Source: Patescibacteria group bacterium
Lineage (GTDB): Bacteria; Patescibacteriota; UBA1384; XYA2-FULL-43-10
Direction of reading: 5' to 3'
DNA: 32,000 nt
Assembly: GCA_041674405.1 (NCBI GenBank)
Contig: JBAYVT010000001.1
Location: forward strand, 30,001-62,000
The notes beneath the pieces were generated by a model. The model saw only the letters and a list, made by a program, of their open reading frames with translations. It searched no databases and was not told the origin of the DNA. This document shows, in pieces, positions 7,811-16,132 of the stretch. The position numbers were made by a program, and so were the translations under genes. Within the stretch, counting starts at the first letter, position 1. Each line of letters begins with the position of its first letter.

Positions 7811-7840
7811 AAAAAATGCCCGCCAGGGCCTTTTGTTTTT
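7811..7840. terminator. bidirectional intrinsic terminator between the tRNA-Val unit and the convergent high-GC ORF
   Basis: AAAAAAT-GCCC-gcca-GGGC-C-TTTTGTTTTT. A-run and T-run flank a 4-bp GC stem. Confidence 0.5.
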
Positions 7841-7908
7841 ATAGACCATGAACGACCCCTTGTGGAGGTCGTCAGGCACTTCTTCTTGGAAGCCAAGAGA
7901 TTCGGCTT

Positions 7909-8274
7909 CTAGGCGATATAGGGACACGGTTTGCCATTCTCATGGATTCCGTGGCAAAGACCACAGACGTACTTGTCTGCGAATACCTCTTGTGGGTGGG
8001 CTTTGGGCGGCTGGTCTTTGAGTGTATAGTGCTCGCCGTTGAAGTCCCAACACATACTAGGACACCACTGCCTAGCCCTCTCGGGAGTATTTCTTACAGC
8101 GTCGTCGCTGTCCAATGCAAACATGGCGGCGACAGCTCGTAGAACCTCCTCTCGGTTGGTCGGATCCTCGACATCCACCTCTGTCTGCGTTGGGAAGGTC
8201 CTCTCTGGAAAGTAGACCCTGATGCGGTGTTTTTCTTCCATGGTGGCGGGTGTCTCACTCCTTTCGTGCGACAC
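7909..8274 (-). CDS. orphan Cys-rich hypothetical protein in a high-GC islet
   Basis: 121-aa ORF from the GTG at 8274, or 110 aa from the ATG at 8241, which is preceded by AAGGAG and GCCACC. About 55% GC versus about 37% nearby. WCPSMC and CGLCHG..KPCP motifs. No family recognised. Confidence 0.5.
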   Translation of the reverse strand: MSHERSETPATMEEKHRIRVYFPERTFPTQTEVDVEDPTNREEVLRAVAAMFALDSDDAVRNTPERARQWCPSMCWDFNGEHYTLKDQPPKAHPQEVFADKYVCGLCHGIHENGKPCPYIA

Positions 8275-8380
8275 CTAATTTATATAACATTTCTGTGTAT
8301 TCGTCAATGATACCTGGTCAAATAGATTTGAATTTAGATTAATGTTATGATTAATTTGGATCATAATTCAGGAGGGAAAT

Positions 8381-8674
8381 ATGCAAATAAAAGAACTTTT
8401 AGCCAAAGGTAAAGAAATCTGGGGCGAACCGGCGGAGCCAATCACGCTCTCATATATTATCGTTCGGATGGGAAAGGTTTTTGGCGACATTTGTCGATGG
8501 GAGCGCAATGCGCCCAAAGACGCCTCTGTCCACTCAGATGACGACTTAAAAAAGGAGCTAGGTAATATAATATTTAGCACGATAAGATGGTGTGATGACC
8601 TCGGATATGATCCTGAAGAGTGCATCAATCTTGCTATTAAGTGTCAAGAAGACGGTCATGCTAAGCTTGCATAA
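8381..8674 (+). CDS. small MazG-fold (NTP pyrophosphohydrolase-like) protein, acidic motifs degenerate
   Basis: Strong RBS (CAGGAGGgaaatATG). KKELGNIIFSTIRWCDDLGYDPEECI resembles the MazG helix pair (EExGDvl..la..lgid.eea). Confidence 0.55.
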   Translation: MQIKELLAKGKEIWGEPAEPITLSYIIVRMGKVFGDICRWERNAPKDASVHSDDDLKKELGNIIFSTIRWCDDLGYDPEECINLAIKCQEDGHAKLA

Positions 8675-8680
8675 TTATTC

Positions 8681-8709
8681 TTGAAAAAACCTCAATTTTA
8701 TGCGATAAT
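8681..8709 (+). promoter_or_regulatory. sigma70-like promoter candidate for rpmF-nusB-rnc
   Basis: TTGAAA-N17-GATAAT, about 34 nt upstream of the rpmF ATG. Confidence 0.4.
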
Positions 8710-8742
8710 GCTGAAGTATAAGAATTAAACATGTGAGAGAAA

Positions 8743-8949
8743 ATGGCAGAACCAAAGAAAAGGACAAACAATTCAAAGCAAGGCATGCGTAGAATGCATG
8801 ACAAGAAATCTGTTTCCGGGCTAAATTATTGTCCAAATTGCAAAGAGCCGAAGAGAATGCACTCAGTTTGTGATAGCTGCGGTTTTTATAATGGGAAATT
8901 GGTTATCGAACAGAAAAAAGAAAAAACTGATTCATCCGTAAAAGAATAG
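8743..8949 (+). CDS. rpmF: 50S ribosomal protein L32 (Zn-ribbon form)
   Basis: MAEPKKRTNNSKQGMRRMHD..CPNCKEPKRMHSVCDSCGFYNGK matches the L32 pattern. Confidence 0.9.
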   Translation: MAEPKKRTNNSKQGMRRMHDKKSVSGLNYCPNCKEPKRMHSVCDSCGFYNGKLVIEQKKEKTDSSVKE

Positions 8950-8969
8950 AAATTAATTTTTTTTGATAA

Positions 8970-9401
8970 ATGAATCGACATCTTGGTAGAATGATCGCAA
9001 TGCAGACACTTTTCGAATATGATTTTCGAGATGGTGCTGATGTTGAGGAAATAAAATCTCGCAATATTAACGAGTATAATGATGCAACCGACTCAGAATT
9101 TGTAGTGAAGCTTGTTGATGGTACACTTAAATCTACTGAGTCTATTGACGAAGAAATCAAAGCAGCAGCTCCGGAATGGCCCCTGGATCAAATATCGCTT
9201 ATTGATAAATCAATTCTTCGCCTTGCTATTTATGAACTTAAATACGAGAATGACGTGCCTGCTAAAGTTGTTATAAATGAAGCAGTTGAGTTGGGAAAAC
9301 AATTTGGTGGAGAAAATTCATCGAAATTTATCAACGGCGTTCTCGGAACTGTTTATGAGAAAATAACTTCTGGAGACAATAAAAAAAGTGACGACAATTG
9401 A
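8970..9401 (+). CDS. nusB: transcription antitermination factor NusB
   Basis: RMIAMQTLFEYDF, INEAVELGKQFGGENSSKFINGVLG. Confidence 0.9.
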   Translation: MNRHLGRMIAMQTLFEYDFRDGADVEEIKSRNINEYNDATDSEFVVKLVDGTLKSTESIDEEIKAAAPEWPLDQISLIDKSILRLAIYELKYENDVPAKVVINEAVELGKQFGGENSSKFINGVLGTVYEKITSGDNKKSDDN

Positions 9402-10086
9402 TTTTGAAAAAGTTATCGGTATTGAATTTAAAAACAAAGATCTTTTAAATAACGTATTTATTCATCGATCGTATTTAAATGAGCACAGAAGCTTGCAGCT
9501 CGAACATAATGAAAGATTAGAATTTTTAGGAGATGCTGTTCTGGAGCTTTGCGTGACACAATACTTATTTAACAAATTTTCCGATAAGCCTGAAGGTGTC
9601 ATGACCAACTGGAGATCCGCGCTTGTAAAAGGTGAATCTCTCTCTGCCGAGGCTAAGCGCCTTGGTTTAAATGATCTTATAAAGACATCTCGCGGAGAAG
9701 CTAAAAATGTCGGAAAAGCGCGAGACTTGATACTGGCTAATGCGTTTGAGGCTTTGATAGGTGCAATATATCTTGACCAAGGGTATGAAATTGCATACAA
9801 ATTTATTGAAAAAAATATTATTTATAAACTTGCCGAAATTATCAACCAAGGTTTATATTACGATTCAAAAAGTAAATTTCAAGAACTCGCACAAGATGTT
9901 TTAAGTATTACGCCGTCATACACTACTGTTTCCGAGAATGGGCCCGATCATGCCAAGGTTTTTGTTGTCGGCGCATTTCTGGGAGACAAAAAAGTCGCTG
10001 AGGGATCAGGCAACTCTAAACAAAAAGCACAAAGTGAAGCAGCTAAAGCCGCCCTTCAAAAATGGGACGATATTTGTAAACAATAG
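9388..10086 (+). CDS. rnc: ribonuclease III
   Basis: GTG start overlapping the nusB end. NERLEFLGDAVLEL catalytic signature. C-terminal dsRBD (GPDHAKVF..GSGNSKQKAQSEAAKAAL). Confidence 0.9.
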   Translation: MTTIDFEKVIGIEFKNKDLLNNVFIHRSYLNEHRSLQLEHNERLEFLGDAVLELCVTQYLFNKFSDKPEGVMTNWRSALVKGESLSAEAKRLGLNDLIKTSRGEAKNVGKARDLILANAFEALIGAIYLDQGYEIAYKFIEKNIIYKLAEIINQGLYYDSKSKFQELAQDVLSITPSYTTVSENGPDHAKVFVVGAFLGDKKVAEGSGNSKQKAQSEAAKAALQKWDDICKQ

Positions 10087-10091
10087 CTCTA

Positions 10092-11048
10092 TTAGTTGAA
10101 CCACTTGATATTGGTAAATCCCCAATCAAGCAATTTTCGCGATTCATCAGCTGAGGCTGGCGCTGTGTCAGCGTAAGTGTGTAAAACAATGCCTATTAGC
10201 GTGTGTCCATCTCTTTTTGCGGCTGAGACAAGGCAATGTCCAGCTTCGGGCATATAACCGGTTTTAACGCCAATTGCCCCGGGATATTGGTATTCCCCGA
10301 CCAACCTGTTTGAATTTTTTAATTCGTGGTAAATACTATTGTCAATGTTGGTAGCGGTATATTCTTGCGTGTTTACAATTTCCCTAAACTTTTCAAATCG
10401 CATGGCGTATTTCGTCGCAAGAAACAAGTCATATGCACTTGAATAGCCGGCTACATCAAGACCCGCCGGGTCTAAATAATTGGTATTTTTCATTCCTAGG
10501 CGTGCTGCTGTTTCATTCATTTTGGAAACAAAGTCCGCTGTGCTAGAGTTGTCTTTTGACATGTGCTGAGCTAATGCATAAGCGGAATCATTACCTGATT
10601 TAATTAATAAGCAATGCAGCAAATCATCTACGCTGATTTTTTCTCCGACTTGTAAATATGCATCGGCACCGATCTGGTAGGCAGCCTCTGGAGTTATTGT
10701 AACTATATCGTCCAATTTGTAATTTTCGAGTACAACTATAGCAGTCATGATTTTTGTTGTTGATGCAATTGGTACTCTTGTATTAGAATCATATGAAGTA
10801 AAAATTGTGCCGCTGTCCATATCGGCTAAAAGATAGTGATTTGCGTTAATATTTGGGTTTGGGGCATTTTTTGAAACCTGCGGGCGAATTACAACTTCTG
10901 GCAAAGATAGATCAATCATTGATGCTGCCGCAGTATTTTTTGAACCATTTTCGTCCTTATATATCGCATTATCCAATTTGAAAACGATCGGAGAAAACCC
11001 AATCAAATTAAAAAAAATTGACATCGCGATTATAGATTTTAGAATCAT
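10092..11048 (-). CDS. serine-type D-Ala-D-Ala carboxypeptidase (peptidase S11, PBP5/6-like)
   Basis: N-terminal signal/anchor. SxxK (ASTTKIMTA), SxN (SGND) and KTG motifs in the correct order. Confidence 0.85.
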   Translation of the reverse strand: MILKSIIAMSIFFNLIGFSPIVFKLDNAIYKDENGSKNTAAASMIDLSLPEVVIRPQVSKNAPNPNINANHYLLADMDSGTIFTSYDSNTRVPIASTTKIMTAIVVLENYKLDDIVTITPEAAYQIGADAYLQVGEKISVDDLLHCLLIKSGNDSAYALAQHMSKDNSSTADFVSKMNETAARLGMKNTNYLDPAGLDVAGYSSAYDLFLATKYAMRFEKFREIVNTQEYTATNIDNSIYHELKNSNRLVGEYQYPGAIGVKTGYMPEAGHCLVSAAKRDGHTLIGIVLHTYADTAPASADESRKLLDWGFTNIKWFN

Positions 11049-11758
11049 ATCATTTGGTCTCGATCGATAGACTTAAGTTGTCCGGCTCTCAAACCTATCT
11101 CATTAAGTACCAGCTTTCCTATTCGAACTCGTAGGATTGTGCAAACAGACAAACCAATTTTATCACACATACGGCGAATTTGTCGATTATAGCCAGTGGT
11201 AAGCACTAAATTAAATTTGATCATATTTTTGCGTTTTTCGATCTTAATTTTATCAATTGATTTCGCCTGCATTCTTGTTCCTTTGATGTTGATCCCCTTG
11301 GTCAAGCGATTAAGGTCAGAAATTTTGAATGATTCAGACATATTAGCTTCGACGTAGTATTCTTTTTCATGTTTGAAACTCGGGTGCGTTAGTTGTTGTA
11401 TTAGCTCACCATCATTTGTAAGAATAATTAAGCCTTCCGAATCCATGTCTAGGCGACCGACGGGATTTAGTTTTTTTTCATCGGGAATATAATCAGCAAT
11501 GGATTTTCTGCCAAGCTCATCGGACTTTGTTGCTACCACCCCCCTTGGCTTATAAAAAGCATAATATTCAAGCTTGGATGTGGCAATAATTATTTTGTCA
11601 TTTACAACAACTTTGTCGATCTTTGGATCGATAGAATCACCAAGTTTGGCAATTATCCCATTGACTTTGACTTTACCGGCACGAATATGCTCGTCAGCAG
11701 AGCGCCGCGAGCATATTCCATTACTTGATAAAAATTTGTTTATGCGAACTCTAGTCAT
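11045..11758 (-). CDS. pseudouridine synthase, RsuA/RluB family
   Basis: S4 domain (RINKFLSSNGICSRRSADEHIRAGKVKVNG) and catalytic VGRLDMDSEGLIILTNDG. The start was trimmed to the ATG at 11758, which overlaps the aspS stop as ATGACTAG. Confidence 0.8.
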   Translation of the reverse strand: MTRVRINKFLSSNGICSRRSADEHIRAGKVKVNGIIAKLGDSIDPKIDKVVVNDKIIIATSKLEYYAFYKPRGVVATKSDELGRKSIADYIPDEKKLNPVGRLDMDSEGLIILTNDGELIQQLTHPSFKHEKEYYVEANMSESFKISDLNRLTKGINIKGTRMQAKSIDKIKIEKRKNMIKFNLVLTTGYNRQIRRMCDKIGLSVCTILRVRIGKLVLNEIGLRAGQLKSIDRDQMI

Positions 11759-13184
11759 CGATTTTTGTATCGGAATTCTTAATTTCCTTACCCTTCGCCT
11801 CTTTGGCAAGCTCGACGTGTACATCTTTGAGTTGCTGCTCGGATACAGCCGATGGGGCACCCATCATTACGTCTCTGGCGTCTCCGGTCTTCGGAAATGC
11901 TATCACCTCACGAATTACATCTTCGCCAGCTAAAATAGCGGCTAATCGGTCAATTCCCGGCGCCACACCTCCATGTGGCGGAGCCCCATATTCAAAAGCT
12001 TCGAGCATATGCCCAAACCTGCGCAGCTTTTCTTCTTCCGAAACGCCCAAAAGATTAAAAATTTTATCCTGAATTTCACGAGTGTGAATCCTGATAGATC
12101 CGCTGGCGATCTCAAAACCGTTCAATACCAAGTCATAGCAGTATGATCGGACCTCTTCTGGTTTACTATCGAGTTTATCGATATCTTCTTTGTTCGGCAT
12201 GGTAAACGGATGATGAGACGACACAAGCTTCTTGTCTGCCTTTGAATATTTAAATAGCGGGGTATCAACAACCCAGCAAAAGCCGAACTCCTTCTTGTCT
12301 TCCTTATTCTTTCTAATATCCGGTTTGTCGTTGCCATATTCCTCCATCGAATCGGCAAACTTGATCCTTGGAAAAGGCTTTTCTGTAATTTTTCCGCCAG
12401 GGACTAGCTTTTTAACGATTTCTATCATCATCGGTTCGATAAGAGAGTAAATGTCTTCTTCTTCAATAAAACTCATCTCAATATCAAGCTGGGTAAACTC
12501 TGGCTGTCTATCGCCTCTCTGGTCCTCGTCGCGAAAACAACGGGCGACCTGAAAATATCTTTCAATTCCACCAACCATAAGAAGCTGTTTGAATTGTTGA
12601 GGGCTTTGCGGCAATACATAGAATTCCCCCGGGTAAATCCTGGATGGCACGATATATTCCCTTGCGCCTTCAGGAGTCGATTTTGTAAGATACGGCGTTT
12701 CAATTTCCCGAAATCCTCTCTCCCATAAATACTCCCGAACCGTTTTTACAATATCGTGACGAAGTGTGATGTTTTTAGCCATTCGTTCGGATCGCAAATC
12801 AAGATAGCGATATTTAAGTCGTAGTTCCTCATCAACCCCAAGAGTATTTTTGTCAATTTCAAAAGGTGGGGTTTTAGCTTTATTTAGAACCTTGAGATCT
12901 ACAGCTTCCATTTCAACTGTGCCGGTGATCAAATCTTTGTTAATCATTTTTTCTGGTCGTGCATTGATTTTGCCTTCTATCGAAATAACCCACTCCGGCC
13001 GGATCTCAGAAACCTTTTCATAAGCTTTTGATCCAGGTACGAAAACGACTTGCAAAAGGCCCGACATATCTCGAAGATCGATAAAAACAATCTTACCATG
13101 ATCTCGGCGAACATTTACCCAGCCAGATACTTTGACACTTTCGCCAATTTTTTTCACCGTTTCTGAAACTAGTATTCTTTTCAT
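11751..13184 (-). CDS. aspS: aspartyl-tRNA synthetase, bacterial-type core without the GAD insertion
   Basis: GWVNVRRDHGKIVFIDLRD, LRLKYRYLDLR, QSPQQFKQLLM, FRDEDQRGDRQPEFTQLD, GGVAPGIDRL. Start at the ATG at 13184, 2 nt after the pheT stop, with GAGGA upstream. Confidence 0.9.
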   Translation of the reverse strand: MKRILVSETVKKIGESVKVSGWVNVRRDHGKIVFIDLRDMSGLLQVVFVPGSKAYEKVSEIRPEWVISIEGKINARPEKMINKDLITGTVEMEAVDLKVLNKAKTPPFEIDKNTLGVDEELRLKYRYLDLRSERMAKNITLRHDIVKTVREYLWERGFREIETPYLTKSTPEGAREYIVPSRIYPGEFYVLPQSPQQFKQLLMVGGIERYFQVARCFRDEDQRGDRQPEFTQLDIEMSFIEEEDIYSLIEPMMIEIVKKLVPGGKITEKPFPRIKFADSMEEYGNDKPDIRKNKEDKKEFGFCWVVDTPLFKYSKADKKLVSSHHPFTMPNKEDIDKLDSKPEEVRSYCYDLVLNGFEIASGSIRIHTREIQDKIFNLLGVSEEEKLRRFGHMLEAFEYGAPPHGGVAPGIDRLAAILAGEDVIREVIAFPKTGDARDVMMGAPSAVSEQQLKDVHVELAKEAKGKEIKNSDTKIDD

Positions 13185-13185
13185 T

Positions 13186-15444
13186 TTATCCTCGCAATTT
13201 AGCGTTATATTTATCTTCAACCTCGCTGATAATATTTTGGATGATTTGGTCGGCCTCGTGATCATTGAGGGTTTTATCCGGCGCCTGTAAATAAATGTGG
13301 AAAGCAACATTTTTCTTATTCAAGCCAAACATATCTGAAGCAAATTCGTCGAAAAGCTCAACACGATTAATCAAGTTTGAAAGTTTGTAAATTTCGCTAA
13401 TAATATTATCTGACTTGACATCGATATCCAAAATAAATGCCAAATCGCGTGTGACAGACGGAAATTTGGAAACCGGGCGAAAATGAATTTCTCGATCGCT
13501 GACTTTTAGATCAAGATCATCGTTGCTTGCGCTCATTCCGGCGATAATATCGGCGGTCTTTATTTCGAATACAAATGTATTCTGCTTCTTGATCTTGTAT
13601 TTATTGGCGTCATCGCCGATTAATTCTTTAATTTCTATTGTGTTTTTAATATTTCCAAGCCTGGAAAGAGCGGCTTTTGCCGATTCAATTAGTTTTTTGG
13701 GATCTTTGCCTGAGGCTACAACACCGACCATGCTTGTCTCGTCGGTTTTGGTAAACACGTTTCCAATCTCAAACATCAGAACCGGATCGAAAGTAGGGTT
13801 TTTTGCAACTGATTTCAAAAGGCCGGGAATCAACGAATTTCTCATGTATTTATTTTCGGGCTGAACGGGATTTTTAACGACAAGTAAATTTTTATCGGAA
13901 ATATCTAGATCACGAAGGTCATGTTCAGACATGAATGAATAATTGTAAACCTCTGAAAAACCAAGGTTTGCAAGAATATCCTTGATGTATTCCCTTTTGA
14001 AATAGTCTCCCCTTTTTGGTTTTAGATTGGTCTCTGGAAGATTGTGCATTGGAAGTTTATTATAACCATATATTCTGCCAACTTCTTCAGCGAGACAGCG
14101 AAAATCAACTATGTCGTGGCGAAATGTCGGGATAGCACATTTACTGCCCGATATCTCAAAACCAAGATTCTCCAAAACCTTATTAACCTCGTAATCCTTA
14201 AATTCGTGACCCAATAGATCATTAATGCCAGAGAAATTAATTTCAATTTCGTCTCTCTCCGGCTCGTTGCCCACAATCACGCATTCCCCTACTTCAGCAT
14301 CCGGACAATATTCAAGGATCATTTGGGTTGCCTTGTTGAGTGCGCGCTCAATACCAGCGCTATCAATTCCACGCTCAAACCTGTAACTAGCATCTGTCAT
14401 TATCTCAAGTTTTTTTGCAGTCTTGCGAATTGTTTTTGGATTAAACTGCGCAGCTTCAAGAATAATGTCGATGGTATCGCTTTCAATTTCTGAATTCTTA
14501 CCGCCGATAATTCCGGCTATTGCGATCGGTTTTTCAAAGTCAGCGATAACAAGATCATCATCGGACAGAATACGAATTTTATCATCCAGTGAAATCATTT
14601 CTTCATTATCGCTAGCTGAACGAACGGCAATTTGATAATCTTTAATTTTTTTGGCATCAAAAGCATGCATCGGTTGCCCTAGATCGAGCATAATATAATT
14701 TGTAATATCGACAATATTATTGATCGGCTTAAATCCGCAGGCCAAGAGTCGATTGGCTATCTTGTTGTTTGATGGGCCTACCTTAATATTTTTAATGATT
14801 CTAGCGCCATATCGTGGACATTTATTCTTATCAAAAATCTCTATGTTTAGTTGGTCTTTTGTCTTATTTTTGGCATCAAATTTTATATTGGGATAATTAA
14901 TTGTCTCCGATAACGTGGCGGCGACTTCGCGTGCCATACCGATATGGCTAAAGCAATCACCGCGATTTGGGGTTGGTTTGATGTCAAGGACAATGTCTTG
15001 TGATAAGATTTCCGAAATCTTTGTTCCCAATGGTGTATCGGGCGGCAAAATCTTGATGCCGGAATGATCATCCCCCACACCAAGTTCGCGCTCGGAGCAA
15101 AGCATGCCGGATGAAGCAACACCACGAATTACGGCTTCTGAAATTTCCATATCCCCTATCTTAGTACCGGGTTTGGCCAAGGGGACGCGTTGCCCAACTT
15201 CAATATTTGGAGCACCGCAAACAATCTGTATGTCATTTTTGCCATCATTAACCACAACTTGATGAAGCCGGTCTGCATTGGGATGTTTGTCAATTTGTTT
15301 AATTTCAACTACGATAACATTTCCGTCGATCTCACCGATAACATCCTCGACTTCCGTACCAGAAAATATAATCTTGTTAACTAGATCCTCGTCAGAAACA
15401 TTACTATTTAGATAATCAACAAGCCAGCTTTTTAAGATTCTCAT
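13186..15444 (-). CDS. pheT: phenylalanyl-tRNA synthetase beta subunit
   Basis: MRILKSWLVDYL N-terminus, tRNA-binding OB, B3/4 and B5 order, 752 aa, directly downstream of pheS. Confidence 0.9.
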   Translation of the reverse strand: MRILKSWLVDYLNSNVSDEDLVNKIIFSGTEVEDVIGEIDGNVIVVEIKQIDKHPNADRLHQVVVNDGKNDIQIVCGAPNIEVGQRVPLAKPGTKIGDMEISEAVIRGVASSGMLCSERELGVGDDHSGIKILPPDTPLGTKISEILSQDIVLDIKPTPNRGDCFSHIGMAREVAATLSETINYPNIKFDAKNKTKDQLNIEIFDKNKCPRYGARIIKNIKVGPSNNKIANRLLACGFKPINNIVDITNYIMLDLGQPMHAFDAKKIKDYQIAVRSASDNEEMISLDDKIRILSDDDLVIADFEKPIAIAGIIGGKNSEIESDTIDIILEAAQFNPKTIRKTAKKLEIMTDASYRFERGIDSAGIERALNKATQMILEYCPDAEVGECVIVGNEPERDEIEINFSGINDLLGHEFKDYEVNKVLENLGFEISGSKCAIPTFRHDIVDFRCLAEEVGRIYGYNKLPMHNLPETNLKPKRGDYFKREYIKDILANLGFSEVYNYSFMSEHDLRDLDISDKNLLVVKNPVQPENKYMRNSLIPGLLKSVAKNPTFDPVLMFEIGNVFTKTDETSMVGVVASGKDPKKLIESAKAALSRLGNIKNTIEIKELIGDDANKYKIKKQNTFVFEIKTADIIAGMSASNDDLDLKVSDREIHFRPVSKFPSVTRDLAFILDIDVKSDNIISEIYKLSNLINRVELFDEFASDMFGLNKKNVAFHIYLQAPDKTLNDHEADQIIQNIISEVEDKYNAKLRG

Positions 15445-15451
15445 ATAGCCT

Positions 15452-16132
15452 CTAAAATTGCTTTAAAAATCGAAGATCACTTGATCTAAACGTCCGAACG
15501 TCGGAAATACCATAACGAACCATGATTGGCCGCTCGACGCCAGGACCAAAGGCAAAACCAGTATATTTGTCAGGATCAAGCCCCATATTTTTAATTACAA
15601 CTGGATTTACCATTCCTGCGCCGCCCAGCTCAAGCCATTTACCACGAAAGTTTGTATCAAACTCAATCGAAGGTTCGGTAAACGGAAAATGATGGGGGCG
15701 AAAACGCAAATCTATTGTTTCACCAAAAATTTCTTTGTAATATTCCTTCAGGATGTTGAAAAGTTGGCCGATATTTACCTTCTCGTCGATATAAAGGCCT
15801 TCAATCTGAACAAATGTTGTCTCATGGCCGGAATCAGTTGCTTCGTTGCGAAAACAAACTCCAGGAACAACTACGCGAAATGGCGGTTTGTGTGTTTCTC
15901 CATACCGAACTTGCGAATTCGAGGTTTGGGTCCGTAAAACTCGTCCATCTTCTAGCCAAAAGGTATCTTGTACATCGCGAGAGGGATGATCAGAAGGCGT
16001 ATTTAAGGCATCAAAATTGTACCACTCAGTATCAACCTCGGGGCCTTCATAAACATCAAAACCGTGTGACTCAAAAAATTTGACCGACTTGCGAATTATT
16101 TGAGTAACAGGGTGTAAATTACCTCGTGTCAT
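15452..16132 (-). CDS. pheS: phenylalanyl-tRNA synthetase alpha subunit, catalytic core only
   Basis: GNLHPVTQ, DTFW, LRTQTS, FRNE, FTEPS and GAGMV class II motifs. Only 226 aa versus about 330-350 typical. Confidence 0.85.
   Translation of the reverse strand: MTRGNLHPVTQIIRKSVKFFESHGFDVYEGPEVDTEWYNFDALNTPSDHPSRDVQDTFWLEDGRVLRTQTSNSQVRYGETHKPPFRVVVPGVCFRNEATDSGHETTFVQIEGLYIDEKVNIGQLFNILKEYYKEIFGETIDLRFRPHHFPFTEPSIEFDTNFRGKWLELGGAGMVNPVVIKNMGLDPDKYTGFAFGPGVERPIMVRYGISDVRTFRSSDLRFLKQF

Noticed and set aside
8230-8262. Reading the GCCACCATGG Kozak-type context as proof of eukaryotic or synthetic-vector origin.
   Set aside because: A 10-nt match can arise by chance in a 55% GC segment. A bacterial AAGGAG also precedes it, and prokaryotic-style terminators follow the ORF. 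It is kept only as a flag for a contamination check.
8368-8628. Minus-strand ORF of 86 aa antisense to the MazG-like gene, and the plus-strand ORF 7942-8142 antisense to the orphan ORF.
   Set aside because: Neither has an SD. Both are low-complexity or implausible proteins. The sense ORFs have better starts and a recognisable motif or a better context.
11759-11860. 5' extensions of ORF-track calls that overlap upstream genes: 11759-11860 (pseudouridine synthase), 13185-13310 (aspS), 19750-19782 (rpsD), 30486-30497 (rplF) and 20935-20943 (infA).
   Set aside because: Internal ATG starts reproduce canonical N-termini and abut the preceding stop codons. The extensions encode non-conserved sequence.
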